Source of the DNA: a virus
Taxonomy: Duplodnaviria > Caudoviricetes
Length of the DNA: 26,355 nucleotides
Direction: 5' to 3' (one strand)
IMG/VR virus record: IMGVR_UViG_3300037045_000233
Location: 1-26,355 of that record
Shown: positions 1 to 8,432 of the stretch, one piece after another
Numbering within the stretch: position 1 is the stretch's first letter
How the letters are laid out: each line of letters begins with the position of its first letter
Made by a program: the position numbers and the translations under genes
The notes under the pieces: generated by a model
Database searches by the model: none
Told to the model about the DNA's origin: nothing
Seen by the model: only the letters and a program-made list of their open reading frames with translations

Positions 1-1
1 A

Positions 2-781
2 TGGCAATATGAAGATGGAACCGTTATTAAAACTGAAGATATACTATGGGGAAGAATTCCAAATTATACTGGAAATACACCTGTCAAGGATTCACTAAAT
101 GAAATTAGATACGTATTTAGTGGGTGGACTCCTGAATTAGCAGAAGTTATAGGGGAGCAAACTTATACTGCGTTATTTTTAGAAGAAGAAAATGATTTTA
201 CAATTAGATGGAAGAACCACGATGGGACAGTTTTAGAAGTCGATAATAATACTAAATATGGAACAATTCCAGCCTATAACGGTGAAATTCCTACTAAAGA
301 TGCAGATAACGAATACACATATGTGTTTGATAAATGGAATCCAGAAGTTTATGCAGCAGATAAGGAGCAAGAATATACTGCTCAATTTACAGCAGATCTA
401 ATAACTTTCACTCTCGAATCAGCAAAAAAAGTTGTTCAGGTTGCTTTGACAAATTATATGGCACCAGATACACTTGACGACTCCAGAAACTATATCGATA
501 GATCTAAATTTCATCCCTATTCATATTCTGGAAGTTACAAATTAACTTTAACATCAGCTGGTACATGGACATATCTTGGTGAAGATACTTGGTATGTGAG
601 TAACATGCGTTTTAGAAGTTGGTTTAGTTCGACTACATATTATATCGTATATGCAAAAGTTACATATAATGGAGAATATTACATGATTTCTGAAGCTTAT
701 AATGGAAGAACAGATGGGCAAAGAATAGATTATGAATTTACCTACGATTATAGAATAACTCAAGAATTGATAGATAACTAG
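2..781 (+). CDS. 5'-truncated surface protein with InlB B-repeat/Listeria-Bacteroides-like repeats and a C-terminal domain
   Basis: Frame 2 is open from the window start (the ORF track begins only at 323). It encodes two ~65-aa repeats: WQYEDGTVIK..GRIPNYTGNTPVK..YVFSGWTPE..TYTALF and WKNHDGTVLE..YGTIPAYNGEIPTK..YVFDKWNPE..EYTAQF. Confidence 0.75.
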   Translation, partial: WQYEDGTVIKTEDILWGRIPNYTGNTPVKDSLNEIRYVFSGWTPELAEVIGEQTYTALFLEEENDFTIRWKNHDGTVLEVDNNTKYGTIPAYNGEIPTKDADNEYTYVFDKWNPEVYAADKEQEYTAQFTADLITFTLESAKKVVQVALTNYMAPDTLDDSRNYIDRSKFHPYSYSGSYKLTLTSAGTWTYLGEDTWYVSNMRFRSWFSSTTYYIVYAKVTYNGEYYMISEAYNGRTDGQRIDYEFTYDYRITQELIDN

Positions 782-836
782 GATGGACTACAAAGGAAAT
801 TTTCAACAGTCTTTTTCGAGAACTACTTATTTCTAG

Positions 837-1060
837 TGCATGAGTCAAAGTTAAGTAGACACTTAGTTGAATTTGTGAATTAGCTTTCGTTCACTTAAAA
901 AAAATTCTTTGTATTGTTTTTGTGTTAAGTAGTTTAATGAGTAAGCTGATCTATCTTCATTAAAGAATTTGATATAAGCTTCTAAGGTTTTAACAGAATT
1001 ATCAGATTCCTTGATATTGAAATCATTAACTATTTCTTCTTTAAATCATCCAATAATCGA
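837..1060 (-). mobile_element. IS3-family insertion sequence remnant (right end plus transposase C-terminus)
   Basis: 837-862 TGCATGAGTCAAAGTTAAGTAGACAC has the TG...GACAC form of IS3-family terminal IRs and lies directly beyond the stop of an OrfB-like fragment. Confidence 0.7.
863..1060 (-). pseudogene. IS3-family transposase OrfB C-terminal fragment
   Basis: Manual translation: SIIG*FKEEIVNDFNIKESDNSVKTLEAYIKFFNEDRSAYSLNYLTQKQYKEFFLSERKLIHKFN*. This matches the IS3 tail pattern (ES..GWxKxE...YIxFxNxxRPxxxLxYxTP). It has no start codon and an internal TGA at the conserved Trp. Confidence 0.75.
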
Positions 1061-1192
1061 TAATAAAAAGACAATGTGAAGTCCTAATGAATGCATTTTT
1101 TTAGGATAAAACGGATGTCTTTTTTTCTTTTTGCTTCTTTGATATGACAAGGGGGATTTGAACTTTAAACACTAAAAGATTGACTACCCAAT

Positions 1193-1215
1193 AAAAAAAC
1201 ACTCTCAAGGAGTGC
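1193..1215 (-). terminator. Rho-independent terminator downstream of the recombinase operon
   Basis: Minus strand reads GCACTC-CTTGA-GAGTGT followed by a T-run, about 75 bp past the stop at 1290. Confidence 0.6.
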
Positions 1216-1289
1216 AATATATGGCGATTTCATACGTGGGGGTTGGAATCCGTCATGGCGGAAATTGGCGGATTAAACAAATTTATGAC

Positions 1290-2948
1290 TTAAAAGAATA
1301 GAATACCATGTGTAGATTGAAACGCAGTCTTTCTAATGTTGTAGGAAACTACACCAGATAAGTAAAGACTACCTAGGATTTTTATGTTTTTGTAATCGTT
1401 TCTCATACCTACAACAAAGATGATTTGATCACGAGAATGAATAATGATTTTTGAGAATAGACTCTTATATGGAAACTCAGATAGCATAGATACTGGCTTT
1501 TGATGAGGTTTCAAGATTTGCTTAATTTCAAGTATAAAAGCATCGACATTCATCTCGGTTATTAGCTTGTTGGTTATCATTGCTTCTGTAGTCTTTAGCT
1601 CGTAGAAGTCCTTATTGAGTTGAGATAAAACTATTTGATGAAACTCGTCACTTGTATCTAAAATTATTTCTAGTTTCGATTCTATAGCCTTAATTTTGGC
1701 TTGTGATTGATTTAAATCGTACTTCGCTTGAATGATTCTGATATCAGAGTTTAAGGCTTCCGTGAGGCTTTTTATGAAGTTATTTTTGTTTTGAATAATT
1801 AGGTTAATTTGTTGGATAATCTGCTGATCAATCACATGACACGAGATTGTTTCTGAGGTACATGTCTTTTGAAGCTTATTAGAGGAGCACTGTAGATACC
1901 GACTTGCAAAATCACTACCAATCTTGTTAGTCTTCATATTAAAGCTTTTACCACAATGAGGACAGTGTATCAATCCTGTATAAGGTGTTTCTTTACTGAA
2001 AGCTACTTTTAAGTCTTTCTTGTCACTTTTATGATACTTCTGACTTTTTTGCTTTCTTAAAGCTTGAACTTCATCAAACATGTCTAAGGATATGATGGCT
2101 GGATGGGAGTTTAACACATAGAATTTGGGTAAAGCTCCATTGTTAATAACCTTGTCATTCGATTTGAATGACGGTCTATACGTTTTTTGAAGCATAGCAT
2201 TCCCTGTATATTTTTCATTCTTTAAAATGCCGTAGATAGCACTTTTATTCCAGTGTGTGTTACCCAATGGAGACTTAATGTTGTTATCCTCAAGATACTT
2301 GATAATTGGGGTAGAGCCATATCCTTCAAGAAACATTTCATAGATCTTTCTAACTGTGGAGGCTTCATGTTCGTTAATGATGATGTAACCATGAGGATCA
2401 TGTTCATAACCAAGTACGCGTTTAGTGACCATGTGAAAAATGCCGTTTTCAAAACGTTTGGTATTTCCCCATTTGACATTCTCACTTATCGTTCGTGATT
2501 CTTCCTCAGCCATACCACTTAAGACGGATATGATAAACTCGATTCCTGGATCAAAAGAAGAGATGTTTTCTTTTTCAAAATAGATCTCAACACCGATTCG
2601 TTTTAGATCTTGAATCATTTTTAAGCAATCAATAGTATTTCTTGCGAATCGTGATATTGATTTTGTGAGAATTAAATCGATGAGACCATGATTAGCAGCA
2701 GTGAGCATCATATTGAACTGATTTCGTTTCTTCAAGCCAGTGCCACTGATCCCCTCATCTGCATAAACGCCGATGAAATTCCAATTAGGATTATTTAGTA
2801 TCTCATTTGTATAGGTTGAGACTTGATTTGCAAAACTGTTAAGCTGTGAATCAGAAGCAGTAGATACTCTAGCATAAGCACAAACGTTTTTCTTTTTAGG
2901 ATTTAGATCTAGTTTGTCTAGGTTTATAACTTCAATCAATTCAGTCAT
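1290..2948 (-). CDS. Large serine recombinase (resolvase + recombinase + zinc ribbon), second of a tandem pair
   Basis: Catalytic YARVST, YADEGISG, KSISRFARN; recombinase-domain ILKNEKYTG and HPAII; zinc ribbon CPHC...C..C. Coupled to the upstream gene by an ATGA overlap. Confidence 0.93.
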   Translation of the reverse strand: MTELIEVINLDKLDLNPKKKNVCAYARVSTASDSQLNSFANQVSTYTNEILNNPNWNFIGVYADEGISGTGLKKRNQFNMMLTAANHGLIDLILTKSISRFARNTIDCLKMIQDLKRIGVEIYFEKENISSFDPGIEFIISVLSGMAEEESRTISENVKWGNTKRFENGIFHMVTKRVLGYEHDPHGYIIINEHEASTVRKIYEMFLEGYGSTPIIKYLEDNNIKSPLGNTHWNKSAIYGILKNEKYTGNAMLQKTYRPSFKSNDKVINNGALPKFYVLNSHPAIISLDMFDEVQALRKQKSQKYHKSDKKDLKVAFSKETPYTGLIHCPHCGKSFNMKTNKIGSDFASRYLQCSSNKLQKTCTSETISCHVIDQQIIQQINLIIQNKNNFIKSLTEALNSDIRIIQAKYDLNQSQAKIKAIESKLEIILDTSDEFHQIVLSQLNKDFYELKTTEAMITNKLITEMNVDAFILEIKQILKPHQKPVSMLSEFPYKSLFSKIIIHSRDQIIFVVGMRNDYKNIKILGSLYLSGVVSYNIRKTAFQSTHGILFF

Positions 2949-4615
2949 AATGCTTCACTTCCTAATCGTAGAACCTTGTAGCTAATAGAAAATCCTGTTT
3001 TATTGTTTGTAACTGCGGATTCTAAGATTGATGATTTATCACTAGATGATTCATCACCCTTAATGTATATGACTACTTCAGTATTACTTATTTGAACGAT
3101 TTTCTTGATAACCATTTGAAGCGCATCTCTGCTCAAGTTCATGTCATTCTCTAAGAATGCTTTAAGTTTACTTGTCCGCTCATTTTGGATATGAAAGGTA
3201 GCCAGTTTGTTTTGCAATTCCATTAATTGTTCCTGTAGCGTTTCAATTTCTTGTTTTTTTAATTCAAATGCTTTTATCAAGTACTTATCATTTTGATTTC
3301 CAGCATCTGAAATTCTTAAATCAATGAGGCTTCTAATATCACTTTCTTTTGATGCGATTTCAGAGTTTATATCCTTTATTGAATCAAGTATTATTGATGA
3401 ATCGAAGTTCTTATTAATAGTTTCTAACAAGTTATCGATTAAAGAAGTGGATGAATAGTTGAGTCGAATTAACGCATCACTACATGCCATTTCTAGTGTT
3501 TCATTATCAATTGGTCGATTGTCACACGGAATGCGTTCTTTGGATGTGTTTTTACAGGTCAAAACTACTCGCTCCTTAGGTGTTCCGTAATTGTAGTAAT
3601 TACGATTTAGTACGCGATCACAACACCCACAAATGACCATACCACTCAATGGAAACTGATTCCCATATCTACTCGAATCGTTGACTTTCGAACGAGTCTT
3701 TAAAGTTTGCTTCACCACTTGGAATAATTCTCTTGAAATAATGGGTTCATGATTATTCTCGATATAATACTGTGGAGCTTGACCTGTATTGATTACCGAT
3801 TTATGGGTTAAGTAATCGAGTGTAACGCGCTTTTGAAGTAATACATCACCACAATACTTTTCATTTTTCAAAATGTTCATGATGTTTGCTGGATGCCAAA
3901 TAACCTCGTTACGTCCGTTCTTAATATTGTTTTCTACCAAGTGCGTTGAAATTTCTCGGTAAGACATCCCAGAGAGATACAAGTTAAATATCATTTTCAC
4001 AGTTTTTGCTTCAACATGATTGACAACAATCTTTCCATTGGCATCTTTATCATATCCAAGGAAACGACTTGTATTAATTCTGATATTGCCATCTTTATAC
4101 CGTTTTCTAATCCCCCATTTAACATTTTCGCTGATGTTTCTGGCTTCCTCTTGTGCAATCGATGAGAAGATTGTCATCATAAAATCTACTTTTGTATCCT
4201 TTGAACTGATGTTTTCCTTTTCAAAGAAAACTTCAACATTGATTGCTCTGAGTTCTTGAATGATAGATAAGCAGTCCACTGTGTTTCTAGAAAATCTTGA
4301 TAATGATTTGACGAGAATTAAATCGATTTTACCTTCTTTTGCATCTTCAATCATTCTTAAAAAGTGAACTCGTTTCTTAGTACCCGTTCCTGATATGCCT
4401 TCGTCAGCGTACATATTCACAAATTCCCAATCCTGATTGTCTTTGATTTGTGTTGTGTATTCTTTGATTTGAGCATTATAGGAGTTTAGCTGATCCTCTG
4501 TGTCAGTAGAAACTCTCGCATAGGCGCAGACGCGCTTTTTTCTTTTTATTAGATCAGGACGATCAGGTGTTAAACCTGGGGAAGCATCTATTCTTATAAC
4601 TTTTCTTTCATTCAC
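2945..4615 (-). CDS. Large serine recombinase, first of a tandem pair
   Basis: YARVST, YADEGISG, KSLSRFSRN, ILKNEKYCG, HEPII, CGCC zinc ribbon and coiled coil. Start moved from 4672 to the GTG at 4615, which follows a GGAGG RBS at 4624-4628 by 8 nt. Confidence 0.93.
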   Translation of the reverse strand: MNERKVIRIDASPGLTPDRPDLIKRKKRVCAYARVSTDTEDQLNSYNAQIKEYTTQIKDNQDWEFVNMYADEGISGTGTKKRVHFLRMIEDAKEGKIDLILVKSLSRFSRNTVDCLSIIQELRAINVEVFFEKENISSKDTKVDFMMTIFSSIAQEEARNISENVKWGIRKRYKDGNIRINTSRFLGYDKDANGKIVVNHVEAKTVKMIFNLYLSGMSYREISTHLVENNIKNGRNEVIWHPANIMNILKNEKYCGDVLLQKRVTLDYLTHKSVINTGQAPQYYIENNHEPIISRELFQVVKQTLKTRSKVNDSSRYGNQFPLSGMVICGCCDRVLNRNYYNYGTPKERVVLTCKNTSKERIPCDNRPIDNETLEMACSDALIRLNYSSTSLIDNLLETINKNFDSSIILDSIKDINSEIASKESDIRSLIDLRISDAGNQNDKYLIKAFELKKQEIETLQEQLMELQNKLATFHIQNERTSKLKAFLENDMNLSRDALQMVIKKIVQISNTEVVIYIKGDESSSDKSSILESAVTNNKTGFSISYKVLRLGSEAL

Positions 4616-4690
4616 TATGTTGACCTCCATTCTTTCATTACACATATTCGCTCTAAAACAAACTATTATCAAGTCAAATCGATATGGAGT

Positions 4691-4840
4691 TTATTTTGCA
4701 TAATTTATTTGATGTGCTTCAAAAAGAGAAAGTAACGAATCATAGAATTCAATGAATGAAAGTTGACCTTGTTTGTATAGGGTATGTAACATGGTTTTTT
4801 TAGTGTGATAATCATATAGATTTTGAGAATCTTGATTCAT
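4691..4840 (-). CDS. Small 49-aa SHOCT-like protein preceding the tandem recombinases
   Basis: Below the ORF-track length cutoff. AGGAG RBS, then MNQDSQNLYDYHTKKTMLHTLYKQGQLSFIEFYDSLLSLFEAHQINYAK*. The LxxLYKQGxLSxxEF pattern resembles SHOCT. Confidence 0.65.
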   Translation of the reverse strand: MNQDSQNLYDYHTKKTMLHTLYKQGQLSFIEFYDSLLSLFEAHQINYAK

Positions 4841-4859
4841 GAACGCTCCTTTTAAGAAC

Positions 4860-4889
4860 AAAAAATCCTACGCATTAATATACGTAGGA
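4860..4889 (-). terminator. Terminator/attenuator-like hairpin upstream of the SHOCT-recombinase operon
   Basis: Minus strand TCCTACG-N10-CGTAGGA followed by TTTTTT, ending about 20 nt before the small ORF start. Confidence 0.55.
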
Positions 4890-4931
4890 CATCTTAGGTC
4901 CAATGACCCATTCACTTTTATCGCCAGTTCT

Positions 4932-4979
4932 ATTCTATCAAATTCAATAATTTAATGTGACCAACCAGTGTAGACGTTT
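4932..4979 (-). promoter_or_regulatory. Putative promoter with shared 18-bp motif (copy 1)
   Basis: AAACGTCTACACTGGTTG (4979-4962), then 24 nt, then TAGAAT preceded by TGA (extended -10). Near-identical motif at 10881. Confidence 0.45.
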
Positions 4980-5804
4980 TTAGTAATTTCCTGAAATATT
5001 ATCTAAATCAATAATAACCTTTTTGATTTGACCGAAAAATAAGCCTTCAATCTCTTTTAATTTAGCAATTCGTATTTCACCTTCTTGGGTTGAATAATGG
5101 AAGTAGTTATAGGAATTAAGCAGTTTATCTGAATGCTTTGTCTCTGGATATCTAAAGACGGGACCAACTTTAGTAATGTAGATTCCATCTACTCCTTTTA
5201 GCATGCAAGTGATCGTATGATCTAAATCTTTGTTAATGATATCAAAACTTCGATCAACAATGAGAATTGAGCCTTTTGGCGCATTTAACGTCATGAGTTC
5301 TTGCTGTAGTTCAACAGCAATAACAGCGTTACTTTTCTCCAACCCTTCATTAAGCTGATAATACTTGTTATTTTCGGTTTCAATTTCCGTGAAGTCATCT
5401 TTATCCAAAGTATCACTCATATTAATCGTGTAATTAGAATAGACATACTTTTTGATTCTTTTATCAAATTTATCATTGAAAAATCCTATATCTCTTTTGA
5501 GAAGCGCATCGGTAGATACATTTAAATGGTTCGCAAGTGCAATAAGGAGTGAAGAGGGGATTTCTCTTTTACCATTTTCATAGGCTGACATACTTGCTTC
5601 TGTTGTTTGAAGATGAAAGGTATCAATACATTTTTTGACTGTTAATCCTTTAGCTTTTCTATAAGCAGAATCAATACCTTTATATGACCACACTTGCTTA
5701 TATAAATCATGACCAACTTTTATGATATTTTCCATTTGGTCGTTAGTTAGTTTGACTTTCTTTAGCTTATCATTGATTATTTTTTGAGTATCATTTACTG
5801 TCAT
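4980..5804 (-). CDS. XRE-family HTH repressor (CI/Stl-like) with a possibly degenerate S24-like C-terminal domain
   Basis: HTH segment RKAKGLT...SMSAYENGKREIPSSLLIALANHLNVSTDALL; GGAGG RBS; divergent from a Cro-like gene. Confidence 0.8.
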   Translation of the reverse strand: MTVNDTQKIINDKLKKVKLTNDQMENIIKVGHDLYKQVWSYKGIDSAYRKAKGLTVKKCIDTFHLQTTEASMSAYENGKREIPSSLLIALANHLNVSTDALLKRDIGFFNDKFDKRIKKYVYSNYTINMSDTLDKDDFTEIETENNKYYQLNEGLEKSNAVIAVELQQELMTLNAPKGSILIVDRSFDIINKDLDHTITCMLKGVDGIYITKVGPVFRYPETKHSDKLLNSYNYFHYSTQEGEIRIAKLKEIEGLFFGQIKKVIIDLDNISGNY

Positions 5805-5964
5805 CGGTATTTCCTCCTAATGTATACCATAATTTTAACACACGTATGTCAAATGCGATAAAAATAATGAAAAAAAGACCTAATACATAAACATGTGTTT
5901 AAGTTGATTATTGTCTAGATTTTCCGTATTAATGGCTAAATAACGCAGTTCATATGTTTTAATC

Positions 5965-5992
5965 GTTACCGATAATAATAGTTATCGGGTAC
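5965..5992. other. dif-like 11-6-11 tyrosine recombinase site (site 1)
   Basis: GTTACCGATAA-TAATAG-TTATCGGGTAC: inverted arms with the TAA-N6-TTA core of Xer/dif sites, upstream of the operon encoding the tyrosine recombinase. Confidence 0.55.
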
Positions 5993-6110
5993 TCTATTCA
6001 TGCAATTATCCATGTTTCCAATCGATATTGGATAAAAATGTCATGCGTTAAAATCCAGGTTATCATTAGGTTAACAGTGTTTAACAACATGATAATTAGG
6101 AGGTTTTTAA

Positions 6111-6362
6111 ATGGATTTAAGGATGTATTTAGTAAATGCAAGACAAAGTAAAGGATACTCACAACGAAGAACTGCAAGAGAATCAGGAATATCCTATCAG
6201 CACTATGCCAAGATAGAAAGTGGTGATCGTGGGAAAAAAGTTTCATTTCTAACTATCGGTCGAATAGCGACAGTATTGGGCATATCGTTAGATGATTTAT
6301 ATCAACTTGAAAAAAGTTATCTAGATGAACTTGAGCTTTCCAATGAATCAAGCAACTATTGA
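6111..6362 (+). CDS. XRE/Cro-like HTH transcriptional regulator
   Basis: LVNARQSKGYSQRRTARESGISYQHYAKIESGDR...IATVLGISLDDL is a classic HTH_3 pattern; AGGAGG RBS. Confidence 0.88.
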   Translation: MDLRMYLVNARQSKGYSQRRTARESGISYQHYAKIESGDRGKKVSFLTIGRIATVLGISLDDLYQLEKSYLDELELSNESSNY

Positions 6363-7263
6363 TTTTAAGAAGCAGATTGAACTTTATATTCAAAGTTTAG
6401 ATCTAAAAGAAATTACAAAGAAATCATATGATGACATTTTACAAAGTTTTTATAGGTACTTGTTAGCACATTCACTTTTATCGCCAAATAAAAAGGATAT
6501 CTTAGGCTATAAGGAATACCTATCAAAACATGTGAGATCAGCAACGATTCAAAAGACAATAGTTGTCTTAAGGGGTTTCTTTACGTATTTAGATTCAGAA
6601 GAACTCTATCGAAACATCATGACAGGAATCAGAGGTGTTTCGATAGAACCAACATTCAAAAGAGCTGCACTCACATTAAGTGAAGTTGAAAAACTAATCA
6701 ATAAATCAGGGGAACTTGCCATATCCATGGAAGGTAAAAGGAACTACGCTATCATCGCATTAATTGCGACGACAGGGTTAAGAACCATCGAAGTAGAAAG
6801 AGCGAATGTGAAAGATTTAGTCATGAATAGTGGTGGATACAAACTTTTCATTCAAGGCAAGGGTAAGGATGATAAAGATCTGTATGTAAAAATATCTAGA
6901 GATGTTTATCAGATTATCATGAAGTATTTAATGGATAGAAATGATGATCTCGAGCCTTTATTTATCACCCATGGAAGAAATAATTCTAGTGAACGAATCA
7001 GAACTAGGTCTATCAGAGGCATTGTTAAAGAAATATTAAGACAAATCGGTATCGATGATATGAGATACACAGCCCATAGCTTACGACATTCTTTAGCTAC
7101 CAATTTGATACTTCATGGCAATGGAACACTAGAAGAAGCAAAACAGATTTTAAGACATAAGGATATATCAACTACTCAGATTTATAATCACTCACTCGCG
7201 AGATCTCAAAACGATGGTGAATTGAAAATGAGCAAATTACTATTTAAAGGAAAGGGGCGATAA
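6343..7263 (+). CDS. Tyrosine recombinase (Xer-like/phage integrase family)
   Basis: Complete catalytic set: TTGLR, QGKG, HSLRH, LRHKD, TTQIY. About 306 aa with no arm-binding extension. Start could be 6325 or 6343. Confidence 0.92.
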   Translation: MNQATIDFKKQIELYIQSLDLKEITKKSYDDILQSFYRYLLAHSLLSPNKKDILGYKEYLSKHVRSATIQKTIVVLRGFFTYLDSEELYRNIMTGIRGVSIEPTFKRAALTLSEVEKLINKSGELAISMEGKRNYAIIALIATTGLRTIEVERANVKDLVMNSGGYKLFIQGKGKDDKDLYVKISRDVYQIIMKYLMDRNDDLEPLFITHGRNNSSERIRTRSIRGIVKEILRQIGIDDMRYTAHSLRHSLATNLILHGNGTLEEAKQILRHKDISTTQIYNHSLARSQNDGELKMSKLLFKGKGR

Positions 7264-7264
7264 C

Positions 7265-7459
7265 ATGAATGATAGTGTGGTTTTATATAATGTTAATGAG
7301 CTTATGAAGCTGTTAAAAGTGACGAGAGTTACTGTAATCAGATATATTAATCAAAAGAAGATTAGAGCATTTAAAGTGGGTCATAGTTGGTTAGTAACGA
7401 AAGATGCACTCGATGAATTCATTCGTTTAAGCGAACAGAGTCATGGCTGGAAAACCTAA
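7265..7459 (+). CDS. Excisionase-like (HTH_17/MerR-type) DNA-binding protein
   Basis: LYNVNELMKLLKVTRVTVIRYINQKKIRAFKVGHSWLVTKDALDEFI fits the HTH_17 pattern; AAGGGG RBS. Confidence 0.85.
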   Translation: MNDSVVLYNVNELMKLLKVTRVTVIRYINQKKIRAFKVGHSWLVTKDALDEFIRLSEQSHGWKT

Positions 7460-8330
7460 ACTAGGACTGGAGTTCTTTTCAGTTGATGTAGATATGAATC
7501 GAAACATGAAAGTAAGAAGATTGATGAGAGAATATGGGACAGAGGGGTATACCATCCTAATGTTCCTTTTATCTTGGGTATATGAAAAAGGACAATTTTG
7601 GCGATATGACAACATTGAAGATGTCATTTTCGGGTTATCTGAATCAACTATTGTGAGTGAAGAACGAATTAAACAGATTATCGACTTTCTAGTTGAAGTA
7701 GGTTTATTCGATAAAGCTTCATTTAAACGAGGATACTTCACTTCGCATGAAATCCAAAGAAGATACTATTACGCAACCAAGAGAAGAAAGGTCAGGATTC
7801 TTGAAGAGTGCTGTTTATTAAGTCAAGAGGACATGAACTTGATTGATAGCAAATCTGAATACAATGATTCAATCCTTGTTAGCAAAAATACCATTCATGT
7901 AAACAAAGATGACATGGATGTAAACAAGCATAGACAAAGTAATAGTAATAGTAAAAGAAAAAAGGATAAAGGAATGATAAATCATGATATTGGATCTGTC
8001 GATCCCGCTACTATTCCATTTAAACTTAATTATTATCTTTTAATTCTAATCAAAAACAATATCGTTACAGGAACTGAAGAATGGATAACCGTATTAAATG
8101 ATTATCTATATACTGTTACAAGCAAGCGAAATAAGGATGATGTCAGAAAAGCAATCTATTACACTATCAAGCGTATCAGTCACAATCAATGGAAAGACGA
8201 ACACGGTTATGAGATTATAAATAGAGAACCATATCTCGAAGCAACAATTAATAACAATATTGACTATAACGAATCAGAACCCGAGAGAATTCAAAGGTAT
8301 AAAACATTTGATTTATTTTTCCATTCCTAA
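7443..8330 (+). CDS. DUF4373 (Lin1244/Lin1753-like) phage-type replication initiator
   Basis: N-terminal GLEFFSVDVD..KVRRL..YG.EG and TSHEIQRRY motifs; low-complexity linker carrying DNA iterons. Confidence 0.78.
   Translation: MAGKPKLGLEFFSVDVDMNRNMKVRRLMREYGTEGYTILMFLLSWVYEKGQFWRYDNIEDVIFGLSESTIVSEERIKQIIDFLVEVGLFDKASFKRGYFTSHEIQRRYYYATKRRKVRILEECCLLSQEDMNLIDSKSEYNDSILVSKNTIHVNKDDMDVNKHRQSNSNSKRKKDKGMINHDIGSVDPATIPFKLNYYLLILIKNNIVTGTEEWITVLNDYLYTVTSKRNKDDVRKAIYYTIKRISHNQWKDEHGYEIINREPYLEATINNNIDYNESEPERIQRYKTFDLFFHS
7876..7975 (+). repeat. Putative replication origin: 21-bp-period iterons followed by an A-rich tract
   Basis: TTGTTAGCAA (7876), ATGTAAACAA (7897), ATGTAAACAA (7918), then AGTAATAGTAATAGTAAAAGAAAAAAGG. 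Confidence 0.55.
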
Positions 8331-8432
8331 GGCTGTTTCGAAATAAAAATACATCATAACTCTAGTTGATATCCCATAATCGATTAATAATGATAAAATA
8401 TATATAAAAGTGTCGTTATGGGAGGGATTTAA

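Noticed and set aside
1145-1278. tRNA gene or tRNA-derived att (minus-strand GTTCAAATCCCCC and TCCGCCA)
   Set aside because: Only isolated T-loop-like and CCA-like words; no cloverleaf can be folded.
1290-4615. Naming the pair ccrA/ccrB
   Set aside because: The tandem layout is analogous to SCC elements, but orthology cannot be shown and the SCC context is absent.
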